Below, piece after piece: positions 1 through 8,792 of a stretch of 64,000 bases of DNA (position 1 is its first letter; each line of letters opens with the position of its first letter). The translations under genes were made by a program, and so were the position numbers. This DNA is from Spirochaetia bacterium (GTDB taxonomy: Bacteria; Spirochaetota; Spirochaetia; CADAEX01): assembly GCA_963662795.1 (NCBI GenBank), contig OY759746.1, forward strand, positions 96,001 to 160,000, in the 5' to 3' direction. Below the pieces are notes generated by a model. It saw nothing but the letters and a program-made list of their open reading frames with translations, was not told the DNA's origin and searched no databases.

Positions 1-852
1 CTGATGGGAGACCTGCCGCAGAAAAAAAGACTGTCAATTATAAATAAGGTTAAGGCAGGCGGAGTTGAACTCCTTGTCGCTACAGATGTTGCGGCCAGAG
101 GACTTCATATTAACGACCTGGAAATGGTAATAAATTATGACCTGCCTGAAGATTATGAAAATTACGTGCACAGGATCGGAAGAACAGCCAGAGCTGGAAA
201 AACAGGCAAAGCAGTTTCACTTGCGTGTGAAAAATATGTATATGGTCTTGCTGCCATTGAAAATTACATAAAAATGAAGATTCCTGTTGAATGGGCGGAT
301 GAAACCTTCTACGGTGAAGATAAAAGCGAAGGTATCCGGTTTAATCATGACAAAAATATTGATCGCAGGGGCGGTTCACGCGCCAGCACAACAAGCAGAA
401 TTAAAACGGCCGGAAGGTCTTCTTCCGTTCGAAAGAATCCGGATAAAACACCCTATCAGACAGTGAAAAAACCGGTTCAGCCGTATCAGTCAGATGCTGT
501 AAGAAAAAAACGCTCCCCAAGACCGGGTGTCCAGCCTGCCGCCGCGGCAGCAGCCAGACAGCAGGGCAAACCGGATTATAGAAAAGAAATGATCAAAAAA
601 GAAACTGCAGGGAAAACAGGTGCCCCTTTTGCTGTAAGGAAAGAGAAAAAGGCTAAAGACTCAAGGTCAAATCAGGCAATGCAGGATACAAAAAAAAGGA
701 ACAGGTCTCTTGATGAGAGGCTTAAGTATTACAGGGAAAAATACGGAGAAAAATATACCGCACCTCCAGAAGTAATAGAAGCTGAAAAAAAGGGTAAAAA
801 ATCCGGTAAAAAATCCCTGTTCAAGATAATAGGCTCAATATTTAAAAAATAA
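1..852 (+). CDS. DEAD-box RNA helicase, C-terminal part (5' end outside the window)
   Basis: Helicase motifs V/VI ([25 protein letters not shown]), followed by a long basic low-complexity tail; the frame is open from base 1. Confidence 0.92.
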   Translation: MMGDLPQKKRLSIINKVKAGGVELLVATDVAARGLHINDLEMVINYDLPEDYENYVHRIGRTARAGKTGKAVSLACEKYVYGLAAIENYIKMKIPVEWADETFYGEDKSEGIRFNHDKNIDRRGGSRASTTSRIKTAGRSSSVRKNPDKTPYQTVKKPVQPYQSDAVRKKRSPRPGVQPAAAAAARQQGKPDYRKEMIKKETAGKTGAPFAVRKEKKAKDSRSNQAMQDTKKRNRSLDERLKYYREKYGEKYTAPPEVIEAEKKGKKSGKKSLFKIIGSIFKK

Positions 853-2078
853 TGTCCGGCAGTTTGAAAGAGATTGAAACCATAATAATCGGAGCGGGGC
901 CCGCAGGGCTGATGGCAGCATCCGCCCTCCCCGGCTCTGCTTTAGTTCTTGAAAAAAAACCGGAAGCAGGTTTAAAACTGCTTATAAGCGGTTCAGGGCA
1001 ATGCAACCTGACCCATTCAGGGGCAAATGAAGAGCTGTTAACCCATTTTGGCAATAAATCAAGATTTTTAAAATCCTCCATCTATTCATTTTCGAATAGT
1101 GAGGTTTCTGTTTTTTTTGAATCAAAAAATGTTCCTCTTGTTACAAGGGAAGACGGAAAAGTATTTCCAGCAAGCTTCAGCTCCCGGGATATCTTAAACT
1201 GTCTGCTTAATGCCGTAAGGTCAGCCGGAAACAGAATTGAGTATAAAAGCGCGGTAAAGCGGATAAAAAAATCTGATAACTGTTTTTCAGTTGAAACTGA
1301 TTCCGCATCCTATAGATGCAGCAGCCTGATAATCGCAACAGGGGGTAAATCCTGGCCTGATACCGGTTCCTCAGGCGACGGGTATACTCTCGCGGAAAGC
1401 CTCGGCCATCCTGTTGTAAAGCCTGAACCGGCCCTTGCCCCTGTAAAAATTAAAAACCATCGTCTTGCGGGATTAAGCGGTATTTCATTTCAGGACATAA
1501 GCATATCACTCTGGAGAGGCGGGAAAAAAGCTGATGATTTCACCGGAGATATGCTTATTACGCATAACGGTTTATCAGGTCCCGCAATACTTGACAACTC
1601 AAGGTATTTAAGGGCCGGTGATATTCTTAAAATATCATTTTTCAAACTTCCTGAAAACATGGCTGTGTTCAGGGATAGAATCAGGAATGCAGGTAAACAA
1701 TCAGTTAAGAAATTTCTTCAGGGCTTTAATCTGCCGGGAAGGCTTCTTGATCATATAATCAGCATGGCAATGACATCTGCTGATAAAAACTGCGCAGACG
1801 CTGACAGCACAGAGATTAAACAGCTTTTTGCATACATTACTGCTTATCCCGCTGAAATTGCTTCCAAAGGGGGATTTGACACTGCCATGGTTACAGCCGG
1901 CGGAATTGACACCTTATTTGTAGATCCCAGAACAATGGAATCAAAGATCCACAGCGGTCTTTTTTTCGCCGGAGAAGTTCTTGATGTAGACGGAGATTCC
2001 GGAGGATACAATATACAGGCGGCATTCAGCACAGGCTATAAAGCTGCAGAGACAATAAAAAAAGGCAGGCCCCGGTAA
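852..2078 (+). CDS. HI0933/YhiN/BaiN-family NAD(P)/FAD-dependent oxidoreductase
   Basis: GAGPAG FAD motif, KLLISGSGQCNLT, ATGGKSWP..GSSGDGY, VTAGG, GEVLDVDGDSGGYNIQAAFSTG; TAATG overlap with the helicase stop. Confidence 0.93.
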   Translation: MSGSLKEIETIIIGAGPAGLMAASALPGSALVLEKKPEAGLKLLISGSGQCNLTHSGANEELLTHFGNKSRFLKSSIYSFSNSEVSVFFESKNVPLVTREDGKVFPASFSSRDILNCLLNAVRSAGNRIEYKSAVKRIKKSDNCFSVETDSASYRCSSLIIATGGKSWPDTGSSGDGYTLAESLGHPVVKPEPALAPVKIKNHRLAGLSGISFQDISISLWRGGKKADDFTGDMLITHNGLSGPAILDNSRYLRAGDILKISFFKLPENMAVFRDRIRNAGKQSVKKFLQGFNLPGRLLDHIISMAMTSADKNCADADSTEIKQLFAYITAYPAEIASKGGFDTAMVTAGGIDTLFVDPRTMESKIHSGLFFAGEVLDVDGDSGGYNIQAAFSTGYKAAETIKKGRPR

Positions 2079-2121
2079 CACCTGAGCCCGCCTTAAGATG
2101 AGGAAAAATAACAGTAAATAA

Positions 2122-3069
2122 TTATTTAAAAAACTGGAGGTAAATATCAGTTTTTGATGACTGGTCTTTGTTTACAAGTCCTTTATCATAAAGTTTTTTA
2201 TAGATATCCAGGTAATACAGGTCATAGGCTTTCTTGTTTTCAGCGTTTAAATCTTCCGAATTTGCAAATGAAATCTCAATTATTTTCCTTTCATTGTTAC
2301 CTTTCCTGAGAATCCAGTAATCAATTGTAAACTCAACATCCTTCAGAAAAGAATTTTTCGCATCAGCAAATGTACCTTCAAATCTACAGGAATCAGCGAC
2401 TCCAGGAAATGAAGCATCAGCAAGTGAAGGATATTTTTTCTTAAGCATTACAGCTGTTTGACCATTTTCTCCGCTTTCGAACCAGTTCCAGACTTTTTTA
2501 AGCTCAAGGTCGCCTTTGGCTGCGGAAAAATCCTTTTCCGGTGAATAATTAATATCAAATGCTGTATTATAGAGATGTGCTATGCTTTTCCTGTCATTTA
2601 CAGGTTTTCCTTCAGCGCCTGCATCAAACTCATATTCAACACCGTTTACAGATGTAAGATCAAGCGCCCCGAAAGTATTCTGCCTTGATTTTACAGTAAT
2701 CTTGCTTTTTGCCGGTTTCTTCCTGTCTTCTCTTACCCTGAAAATAAGACCTTTATCCCCGAATCCCCCTTTTCTGTCCAGTGCATACAAATAATAATAT
2801 TTTTTCACAGGGCCTTTGTCAGCGGGAAAAAGAATACCCAGATCTGCGAATACCTCCGCAACAGCTGCGGTTAGAACAGGTTCTCCCGAATCACTCACCG
2901 TAAAATCAAAGGCATCCTCATTAAGCACAATTTTGTATTCAATTGCAGGCATTTTTCCTTCTGCAATGCTTTTATCTACATCCTGTGCCGCGACCTGCCC
3001 GGCCGTAATTGTCATAAAAAATACAGCTGATAAAACAAATAATTTTTCTATTGTCCCTTTCACAAGCAA
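2122..3069 (-). CDS. Secreted hypothetical protein, probable CYTH/triphosphate-tunnel fold
   Basis: N-terminal signal peptide (..GQVAA|QD); CYTH-like motif order IEYK, FRVRE, ITVK, EYE, TID, IEIS, SKT. Confidence 0.55.
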   Translation of the reverse strand: MLVKGTIEKLFVLSAVFFMTITAGQVAAQDVDKSIAEGKMPAIEYKIVLNEDAFDFTVSDSGEPVLTAAVAEVFADLGILFPADKGPVKKYYYLYALDRKGGFGDKGLIFRVREDRKKPAKSKITVKSRQNTFGALDLTSVNGVEYEFDAGAEGKPVNDRKSIAHLYNTAFDINYSPEKDFSAAKGDLELKKVWNWFESGENGQTAVMLKKKYPSLADASFPGVADSCRFEGTFADAKNSFLKDVEFTIDYWILRKGNNERKIIEISFANSEDLNAENKKAYDLYYLDIYKKLYDKGLVNKDQSSKTDIYLQFFK

Positions 3070-3267
3070 CTCCTTTCTGAATTCTCATTGATTTTATATC
3101 CGCAATATGAAAGGTGTCCAATAAAAATAATCTATCTGTATTGATAACTTTTTTTGTTCAACAGCCTCTTAAATATTTTAAAAAATTGAGACTGAGGGAG
3201 AAGCTTTTTTACTAAAAAGATTTACATTTTTCTTGAAGTTGCGCGATTTTACAGTTATTATCTATGC

Positions 3268-3630
3268 ATGAAACAGCAATACAAAAACATAATTTCCTAT
3301 GTATGGTCAACCGATATGGAAAGATCCCAACGGTTTTATATCGATATTCTGGGTTTTCAGCAGGGTTCAACATCCGACAGCTGGATAGAGCTTGCAGTCC
3401 CAGGACTTCACACAGTTTATTTTGCCTTAAACAAATGGACACTTGATTCACCGGCACCTCAAAACAACTTCCTGACTCTTGGAGTAGGGAATATTGATGA
3501 ATTCAGAAAACACCTGACCGGCGCTGGTGTAAAACTGAAGGGAGAATCAGAATTTTACGAAGAAGGTATTAAGCTTCTTAAATTCCTGGATCCTGACGGA
3601 AATACAATTACAGCGGCAGAGGTAGTTTAA
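3268..3630 (+). CDS. VOC/glyoxalase family protein
   Basis: 120 aa; D.ERSQRFY.DILGF and F.DPDGN motifs. Confidence 0.85.
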   Translation: MKQQYKNIISYVWSTDMERSQRFYIDILGFQQGSTSDSWIELAVPGLHTVYFALNKWTLDSPAPQNNFLTLGVGNIDEFRKHLTGAGVKLKGESEFYEEGIKLLKFLDPDGNTITAAEVV

Positions 3631-3640
3631 GGTTTTAATC

Positions 3641-4756
3641 TTAATAAGACCCGCGGAGTTCTGAATAGCCATTTTCCCGGAGTATTTTGGCCTCTTCCCT
3701 TTGTATTAAAAGGCCTTTACTCTTTTCGCACTTCCAGAACCAGCTGCGGGCACGGCTCCTGTTGCCAAGGACATCATATAGCTTTCCGGTTTCAAGGGTT
3801 ATCTCTGTATAGGTATAATTGCTGATCTGTTCGAAACTAAGGGCTTTTTCATAATATTCAATTGCTTTTTCATACTCACCTTTTGTATTATGATAATTTC
3901 CACACATCTGGTTGTATCTTGAGATCCATTTTCCGGTAACTCTGCCTGCAGCAATTTCCTTTTCAAATACATCCAGCAGCTTTCCGGCCTGTAAAACATC
4001 TTTTTTTCTTAAGAGAATATCTATTTTATAAAAACGGGCGGATAAATTGCCGGGGAAATTACTTAAAAACTCTTCCGTTGCAGAAAGAGCTTTTTCGTAA
4101 TTTTTTTCTATATAAATGGCTGATGAGATATAGAATATTTTTGCTTCCTGTCTTGTTAAAACCCCATTCTGCATTGCAAGTTCGAGATATTTAAGACCGC
4201 TATCGGGATCCGGACTGAATGAAAATATTTTCATAAGAGGCTGAAGTGTTTCAGGGACAAGGGCGGTTGTATAATCCTGATCCCCGAGGATAAAATACAG
4301 ATCCGGCAGAATATCAATATTTTTTTCAAGTTCTAATGCCGCTTCCCGTGATTTTGAAGCATGTGAAAATGAAGCCAGCCAGTCATTATTAAGGGCATAA
4401 CTTTTCATGTAATAATAATCTGCAAAACATCTGTGGAATCTGTTTTGAACAGTGTCAGCCTGCTTAAGCAGATTATCAATTTTTTTCGAGTAATCATCCA
4501 GATGTTCAAGAATGGTATCAATATTTTTTTCATCCGGATTCTGATTTATGACTAAAAAATCATAAACAATCCTTCCGGCAAGCCCGTCCAGATCTTCAGG
4601 ATTATCAGCAATATACTGATCAATCAGTTCATCAGCCTTTTCAAACTGGAAATTATAGGAATACCTTATTGCACTTACAATTTTATTCTTTTCTTCTGTT
4701 ACAGCAGCGGCAGCCGGAAATACAATTAAAAGCAGTATTGCAATGCTTAATTTCAT
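3641..4756 (-). CDS. Secreted tetratricopeptide-repeat protein
   Basis: Signal peptide MKLSIAILLLIVFPAAA; helical repeats such as GNYHNTKGEYEKAIEYYEKAL. Confidence 0.75.
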   Translation of the reverse strand: MKLSIAILLLIVFPAAAAVTEEKNKIVSAIRYSYNFQFEKADELIDQYIADNPEDLDGLAGRIVYDFLVINQNPDEKNIDTILEHLDDYSKKIDNLLKQADTVQNRFHRCFADYYYMKSYALNNDWLASFSHASKSREAALELEKNIDILPDLYFILGDQDYTTALVPETLQPLMKIFSFSPDPDSGLKYLELAMQNGVLTRQEAKIFYISSAIYIEKNYEKALSATEEFLSNFPGNLSARFYKIDILLRKKDVLQAGKLLDVFEKEIAAGRVTGKWISRYNQMCGNYHNTKGEYEKAIEYYEKALSFEQISNYTYTEITLETGKLYDVLGNRSRARSWFWKCEKSKGLLIQREEAKILRENGYSELRGSY

Positions 4757-4780
4757 ATAAATTCCTTACTTACAGGTAAT

Positions 4781-4809
4781 TTGACATGAAATACGGATTA
4801 ATGTAATAT
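4781..4809 (+). promoter_or_regulatory. Putative sigma70 promoter of the ABC-F gene
   Basis: TTGACA-17 nt-TAATAT, about 50 nt upstream of the ATG at 4859. Confidence 0.5.
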
Positions 4810-4858
4810 GCAGGGTCTTCAAAATAATATTAAATAAAAATTATCAACAGGATATCAA

Positions 4859-6481
4859 ATGATAAATGTCTCAAATCTGAAAGTCAGCTTCGGCGGGCAT
4901 ATTCTTTTTCAAAACAGCGGTTTTATTATCCGTCCCGGAGATAAAATTGGTCTTGTCGGCCCCAACGGTTCGGGGAAAACAACAATTTTCAGAATACTCT
5001 CAGGAGAGGAAAAGCCTGACGAAGGTAGTGTTGCGGTAAATCCAGGAATTGTAACAGGTTATTTTTCACAGGAAACCGGTGAAATGGAAGGAAACAGCGC
5101 TCTGGAAGAAGCTCTCTCAGGTGCCGGCCGGCTGCATGCAATCGGGAATGAGCTTACTGAAATGGAACACATATTATCAGATTCCGCCAGCTCACCCCTG
5201 GCAGAGGAAGAGATGGAAAAAATTATGGACCGGTACGGAGAACTGCAAAGCGAGTATCAGCATCTCGGAGGATATGAACTTGAAACCGGTGCAAAAACAA
5301 TACTCTCGGGACTTGGTATAGGTGAGAAACGATGGGACAATCCTGTAGAGAGTTTCAGCGGCGGCTGGAAGATGAGGATTGCTCTTGCAAAAATTCTTCT
5401 TTTAAATCCTGATGTACTTTTGATAGATGAACCAACAAATCATCTTGATGTTGAATCAATTGTGTGGCTTGAAGGGTGGCTTAAATCATTTAAGGGAGCA
5501 ATTGTAATGACAAGCCACGACAGGGATTTCATGACAAGAATTTGTACAAGAACAATAGAGGCGGCAGACGGTACTATTACCACATACAGCGGGAACTATG
5601 ATTTTTACCTTAAAGAACGGGAAATAAGAAAGGAACAGATTATTGCCGCACACCGCAGGCAGCAGGCAATGCTCGCAAAAGAGGAAGAGTTTATCGCAAA
5701 GTTTGCAGCCCGTGCCTCTCATGCCGCACAGGTACAGTCCCGGGTAAAAACGATAGAAAAGATTGAGAGAATTGTATTGCCTGCAGAACAGAAGGTGATG
5801 AAATTCAAATTTAGCGATGTAAAGAGAAGCGGAGATATTGTTGTAAGCATGGATAACCTTGCAAAGGAGTGGATACTCCCCGACGGGGAAACTTGCCCTG
5901 TTTTCAGCAGCATTACAGGTGTTGTAGGCAGGTGCAACAAGATAGCTGTAACAGGTGTTAACGGTGCCGGAAAGTCTACTCTTCTTAAAGTTATAACCGG
6001 GCAGACAGATGCGACGTCCGGGAGCTGCTCTATTGGCGCGAGTGTCGATACCGGCTATTTCAGCCAGTATTCATGTGACCTGCTTGACCCGGATAAAACT
6101 ATATTTGATGAGGTCTCAGGCCGTATTCCGAAGGAGACAATCGGCTATGTAAAAAACCTGCTGGGAGCTTTTCTCTTTTCCGGCGATGATACAGAAAAAA
6201 AAATAAGCGTTCTTTCGGGCGGGGAAAAAACCAGGGTAATGCTTGCATGCCTTCTTGCACAGCCGGTCAATTTTCTGGTACTTGATGAGCCGACAAATCA
6301 CCTTGATATCGCAAGCCGCGAGGTATTGCTCCAGGCTTTGAAGGAATTTGAAGGAACAGTTATGATTGTAAGCCACGACCGTTATTTTTTGCGCAGTTTT
6401 GTAAACAGGGTTTTTGAGATAGATCACGGGTGTATGAAAATATATGAAGGCGATTATTCTTATTATTTAAGTAAAAAATAA
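4859..6481 (+). CDS. ABC-F family ATP-binding protein (ribosome-associated)
   Basis: Two ABC domains (GPNGSGKT / FSGGW / DEPTNHLD; GVNGAGKST / LSGGE / DEPTNHLD), arm and linker, no TM segments. Confidence 0.95.
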   Translation: MINVSNLKVSFGGHILFQNSGFIIRPGDKIGLVGPNGSGKTTIFRILSGEEKPDEGSVAVNPGIVTGYFSQETGEMEGNSALEEALSGAGRLHAIGNELTEMEHILSDSASSPLAEEEMEKIMDRYGELQSEYQHLGGYELETGAKTILSGLGIGEKRWDNPVESFSGGWKMRIALAKILLLNPDVLLIDEPTNHLDVESIVWLEGWLKSFKGAIVMTSHDRDFMTRICTRTIEAADGTITTYSGNYDFYLKEREIRKEQIIAAHRRQQAMLAKEEEFIAKFAARASHAAQVQSRVKTIEKIERIVLPAEQKVMKFKFSDVKRSGDIVVSMDNLAKEWILPDGETCPVFSSITGVVGRCNKIAVTGVNGAGKSTLLKVITGQTDATSGSCSIGASVDTGYFSQYSCDLLDPDKTIFDEVSGRIPKETIGYVKNLLGAFLFSGDDTEKKISVLSGGEKTRVMLACLLAQPVNFLVLDEPTNHLDIASREVLLQALKEFEGTVMIVSHDRYFLRSFVNRVFEIDHGCMKIYEGDYSYYLSKK

Positions 6482-6546
6482 AAAAATCTCAGACTATATA
6501 CCTTTTTGCAGACTTTTCCGTTAGAATTACATCATGGAGATTAATA

Positions 6547-6921
6547 ATGCACAGCAAGAGAAATTCCGACAGAAGAAAAGTTTTTTTCTATCTTGAAGTT
6601 GAAGACATGGATACAAAACAGATGATTGGCAGGCTGGGAGATATTTCATCTGAAGGGATTATGCTTTTATCATCTAAAGTTCTTCCTCTTGAAAAAACAT
6701 ACAGGATAGCAGTGATACTGCCTAAAAACAGCACTTTCAGCGTGGCAAAACTCGAACTGATAGTTGAAACCCGCTGGCTTAAGCCTGACTTCAATCCTGC
6801 AATCCTTTGCATAGGCTGCTGCTATAAAGAAGCAGCTCCGGATAAGGATTCTGTAACACAGAAGCTGATTGACTACTATGGATTCAGCGACGGCTATAAA
6901 AAGTTCAAGCCTGCGGAATAA
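6547..6921 (+). CDS. Stand-alone PilZ domain protein (c-di-GMP receptor)
   Basis: RxxxR (KRNSDR) and DxSxxG (DISSEG) motifs; RBS GGAG upstream. Confidence 0.85.
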   Translation: MHSKRNSDRRKVFFYLEVEDMDTKQMIGRLGDISSEGIMLLSSKVLPLEKTYRIAVILPKNSTFSVAKLELIVETRWLKPDFNPAILCIGCCYKEAAPDKDSVTQKLIDYYGFSDGYKKFKPAE

Positions 6922-6930
6922 TTAGAAAAT

Positions 6931-8781
6931 CTATTTAAAATCCAGTGTTACTGCCCCGCCCCAGTCTTCCGGCGGCGGATTTGTTTTGAATCCTTCGCAC
7001 CTGTCAACGTACATTTTTGACAGGTAATCACCGGGGGCTCTCTCAAGAACCTTCTTAAAGTATTCTATAGCTGTAACCCAGTTGCCTATTTTATAAAGCT
7101 GAAGCGCTTTTTTGTAGGAGGAATCACTTTCCCCGTCCATCTGTACATCAAGCGCTGTATTTACAGAAAAAAGTGTCGTAGGCTCTTCCTTGCCCTTAAC
7201 CCGGACAGTATCAACCTCGCGCAGCGAAAACTCATCCTTTACCTTTAGCGCAACAACTTCGGAGATTATAATCTGCCTTTTATAATGTTTTGTAATACCC
7301 TCAAGCCTTGAAGCAAGGTTTACGTTATCGCCTATTACCGTATAGTCAAATTTATCCTGGCTTCCGATGTTGCCGACAATTACGCTGCCCTCATGTATCC
7401 CGATCCCTATACGAAATCCGCCGGGCGGCAGATTTATCCCTTCCACAGTAATTTCCGGAAGCTTGTTTATCATGGCGGCAGCTGCCCTGACAGCTCTTGC
7501 CGCATTATCCTCATAGCTGGTAGGGGCGCCAAAAATTGCCAGTATTGCATCGCCTATAAATTTATCGATAACTCCGCCGCTGTTTTTTATCAGGCTTACC
7601 ATGTGCTGAAAATATGAATTAAGAAATGATACTATTTTTTCCGCAGAATTATTCTCTGAAATAACAGTAAAAGATCTGATATCTGAAAAAAGAATTGCAA
7701 CAGATCTTTTCTCACCTACTTTCATTTCAGTATCGCCTTCTGTCTTTTCAAGCAGCTCATTGATAATTTCAGGCGGTACAAATTTTGAAAAAACTCCCCG
7801 TATTTTCTGTTCAATATCATGCACCCGGTTAAAAAGTATGGCATTATCAAGTACCATGCCCGCACCTTTGGCAAATACTGAAACATTATCATTTATAATT
7901 TCTGAAAAATAATTATTGCTTAGATTCCCGACATGCAGTGTCCCGATTATTTCTTCACCCTTTCCTTTTAACGGAAAAAGAGCATAGGAGCTGAGTCTTC
8001 TCTGGTCTGAACGGAGTTTATCAAAATCTTCTCTATCCTCAATTCCAAAAACTACATCCTGAACCTCATCATCTGTCTTGCTGTTTTCCCTGAAATCAGC
8101 AAGACAGATCCCCTTAAAATCATCAAGATCACCCCGGTATATTTTTACAGAAGGAAGCTGGTAAAGAAGCGCTTTTTTACCGAATTTCAATATTATTACA
8201 CCAAGATGAGCTTCGCATATTCTTGTCAGGAGAAGCAGTATCTCAAGGCATGACTGAGGCAGCGAGCTTATAAATCTTTCAACTCCGGCAAGCTCATTAA
8301 GAATTGTAGAACGGAACAGCTCCCTGTCAAACAGGTTTCCAAGAAGCTCCATTGCATTTATTTCATTGATCCCTTCTCCATCTTCCCTGATGAGATCCCG
8401 GTCAAGTTTAGGCGCTTTTGAGATAAGTTCTTTCACCAGGTCGCCTAGATGTTCGAGATTATCAAAATCCTTGGTTACAAAAGCTTCAACTCCTGAAGAC
8501 ATTGCCCAAAATCTGTCCCGGTCCTCAGACAGGCTGGTATGCATGATAATCGGAATATCGCGCACTCCCCGCTTTGATTTCAAAAGCCTGCTGAGCTGAT
8601 ATCCCTGCAGCCTCGGCATCTCAACATCTGAAATTATTATATCAGGGATTTCCCGGTATGCGGCAAGCACCCCGTCAAGTCCGTTTACAGCTCTGACTAC
8701 TTCATATTGAAGCTCGGTAAAAAATTGATCCAGTACGCCGGCAATAACATCTGAATCATCAACAACAAGTATTTTAGCCAT
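6931..8781 (-). CDS. Response regulator receiver - GAF-like - class III adenylate cyclase with C-terminal TPR-like tail
   Basis: REC (VVDDS, SDVEMP); cyclase motifs LFSDIRSFT, KFIGDA, GIGIHEG, DYTVIGDNVNLASRLE. Confidence 0.9.
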   Translation of the reverse strand: MAKILVVDDSDVIAGVLDQFFTELQYEVVRAVNGLDGVLAAYREIPDIIISDVEMPRLQGYQLSRLLKSKRGVRDIPIIMHTSLSEDRDRFWAMSSGVEAFVTKDFDNLEHLGDLVKELISKAPKLDRDLIREDGEGINEINAMELLGNLFDRELFRSTILNELAGVERFISSLPQSCLEILLLLTRICEAHLGVIILKFGKKALLYQLPSVKIYRGDLDDFKGICLADFRENSKTDDEVQDVVFGIEDREDFDKLRSDQRRLSSYALFPLKGKGEEIIGTLHVGNLSNNYFSEIINDNVSVFAKGAGMVLDNAILFNRVHDIEQKIRGVFSKFVPPEIINELLEKTEGDTEMKVGEKRSVAILFSDIRSFTVISENNSAEKIVSFLNSYFQHMVSLIKNSGGVIDKFIGDAILAIFGAPTSYEDNAARAVRAAAAMINKLPEITVEGINLPPGGFRIGIGIHEGSVIVGNIGSQDKFDYTVIGDNVNLASRLEGITKHYKRQIIISEVVALKVKDEFSLREVDTVRVKGKEEPTTLFSVNTALDVQMDGESDSSYKKALQLYKIGNWVTAIEYFKKVLERAPGDYLSKMYVDRCEGFKTNPPPEDWGGAVTLDFK

Positions 8782-8792
8782 GATGCCGCCTC

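Noticed and set aside
4859-6481. ABC-F as an antibiotic-resistance (ARE) factor
   Set aside because: It looks like a housekeeping ABC-F with an arm domain; no leader peptide or mobile context; subfamily cannot be assigned by eye.
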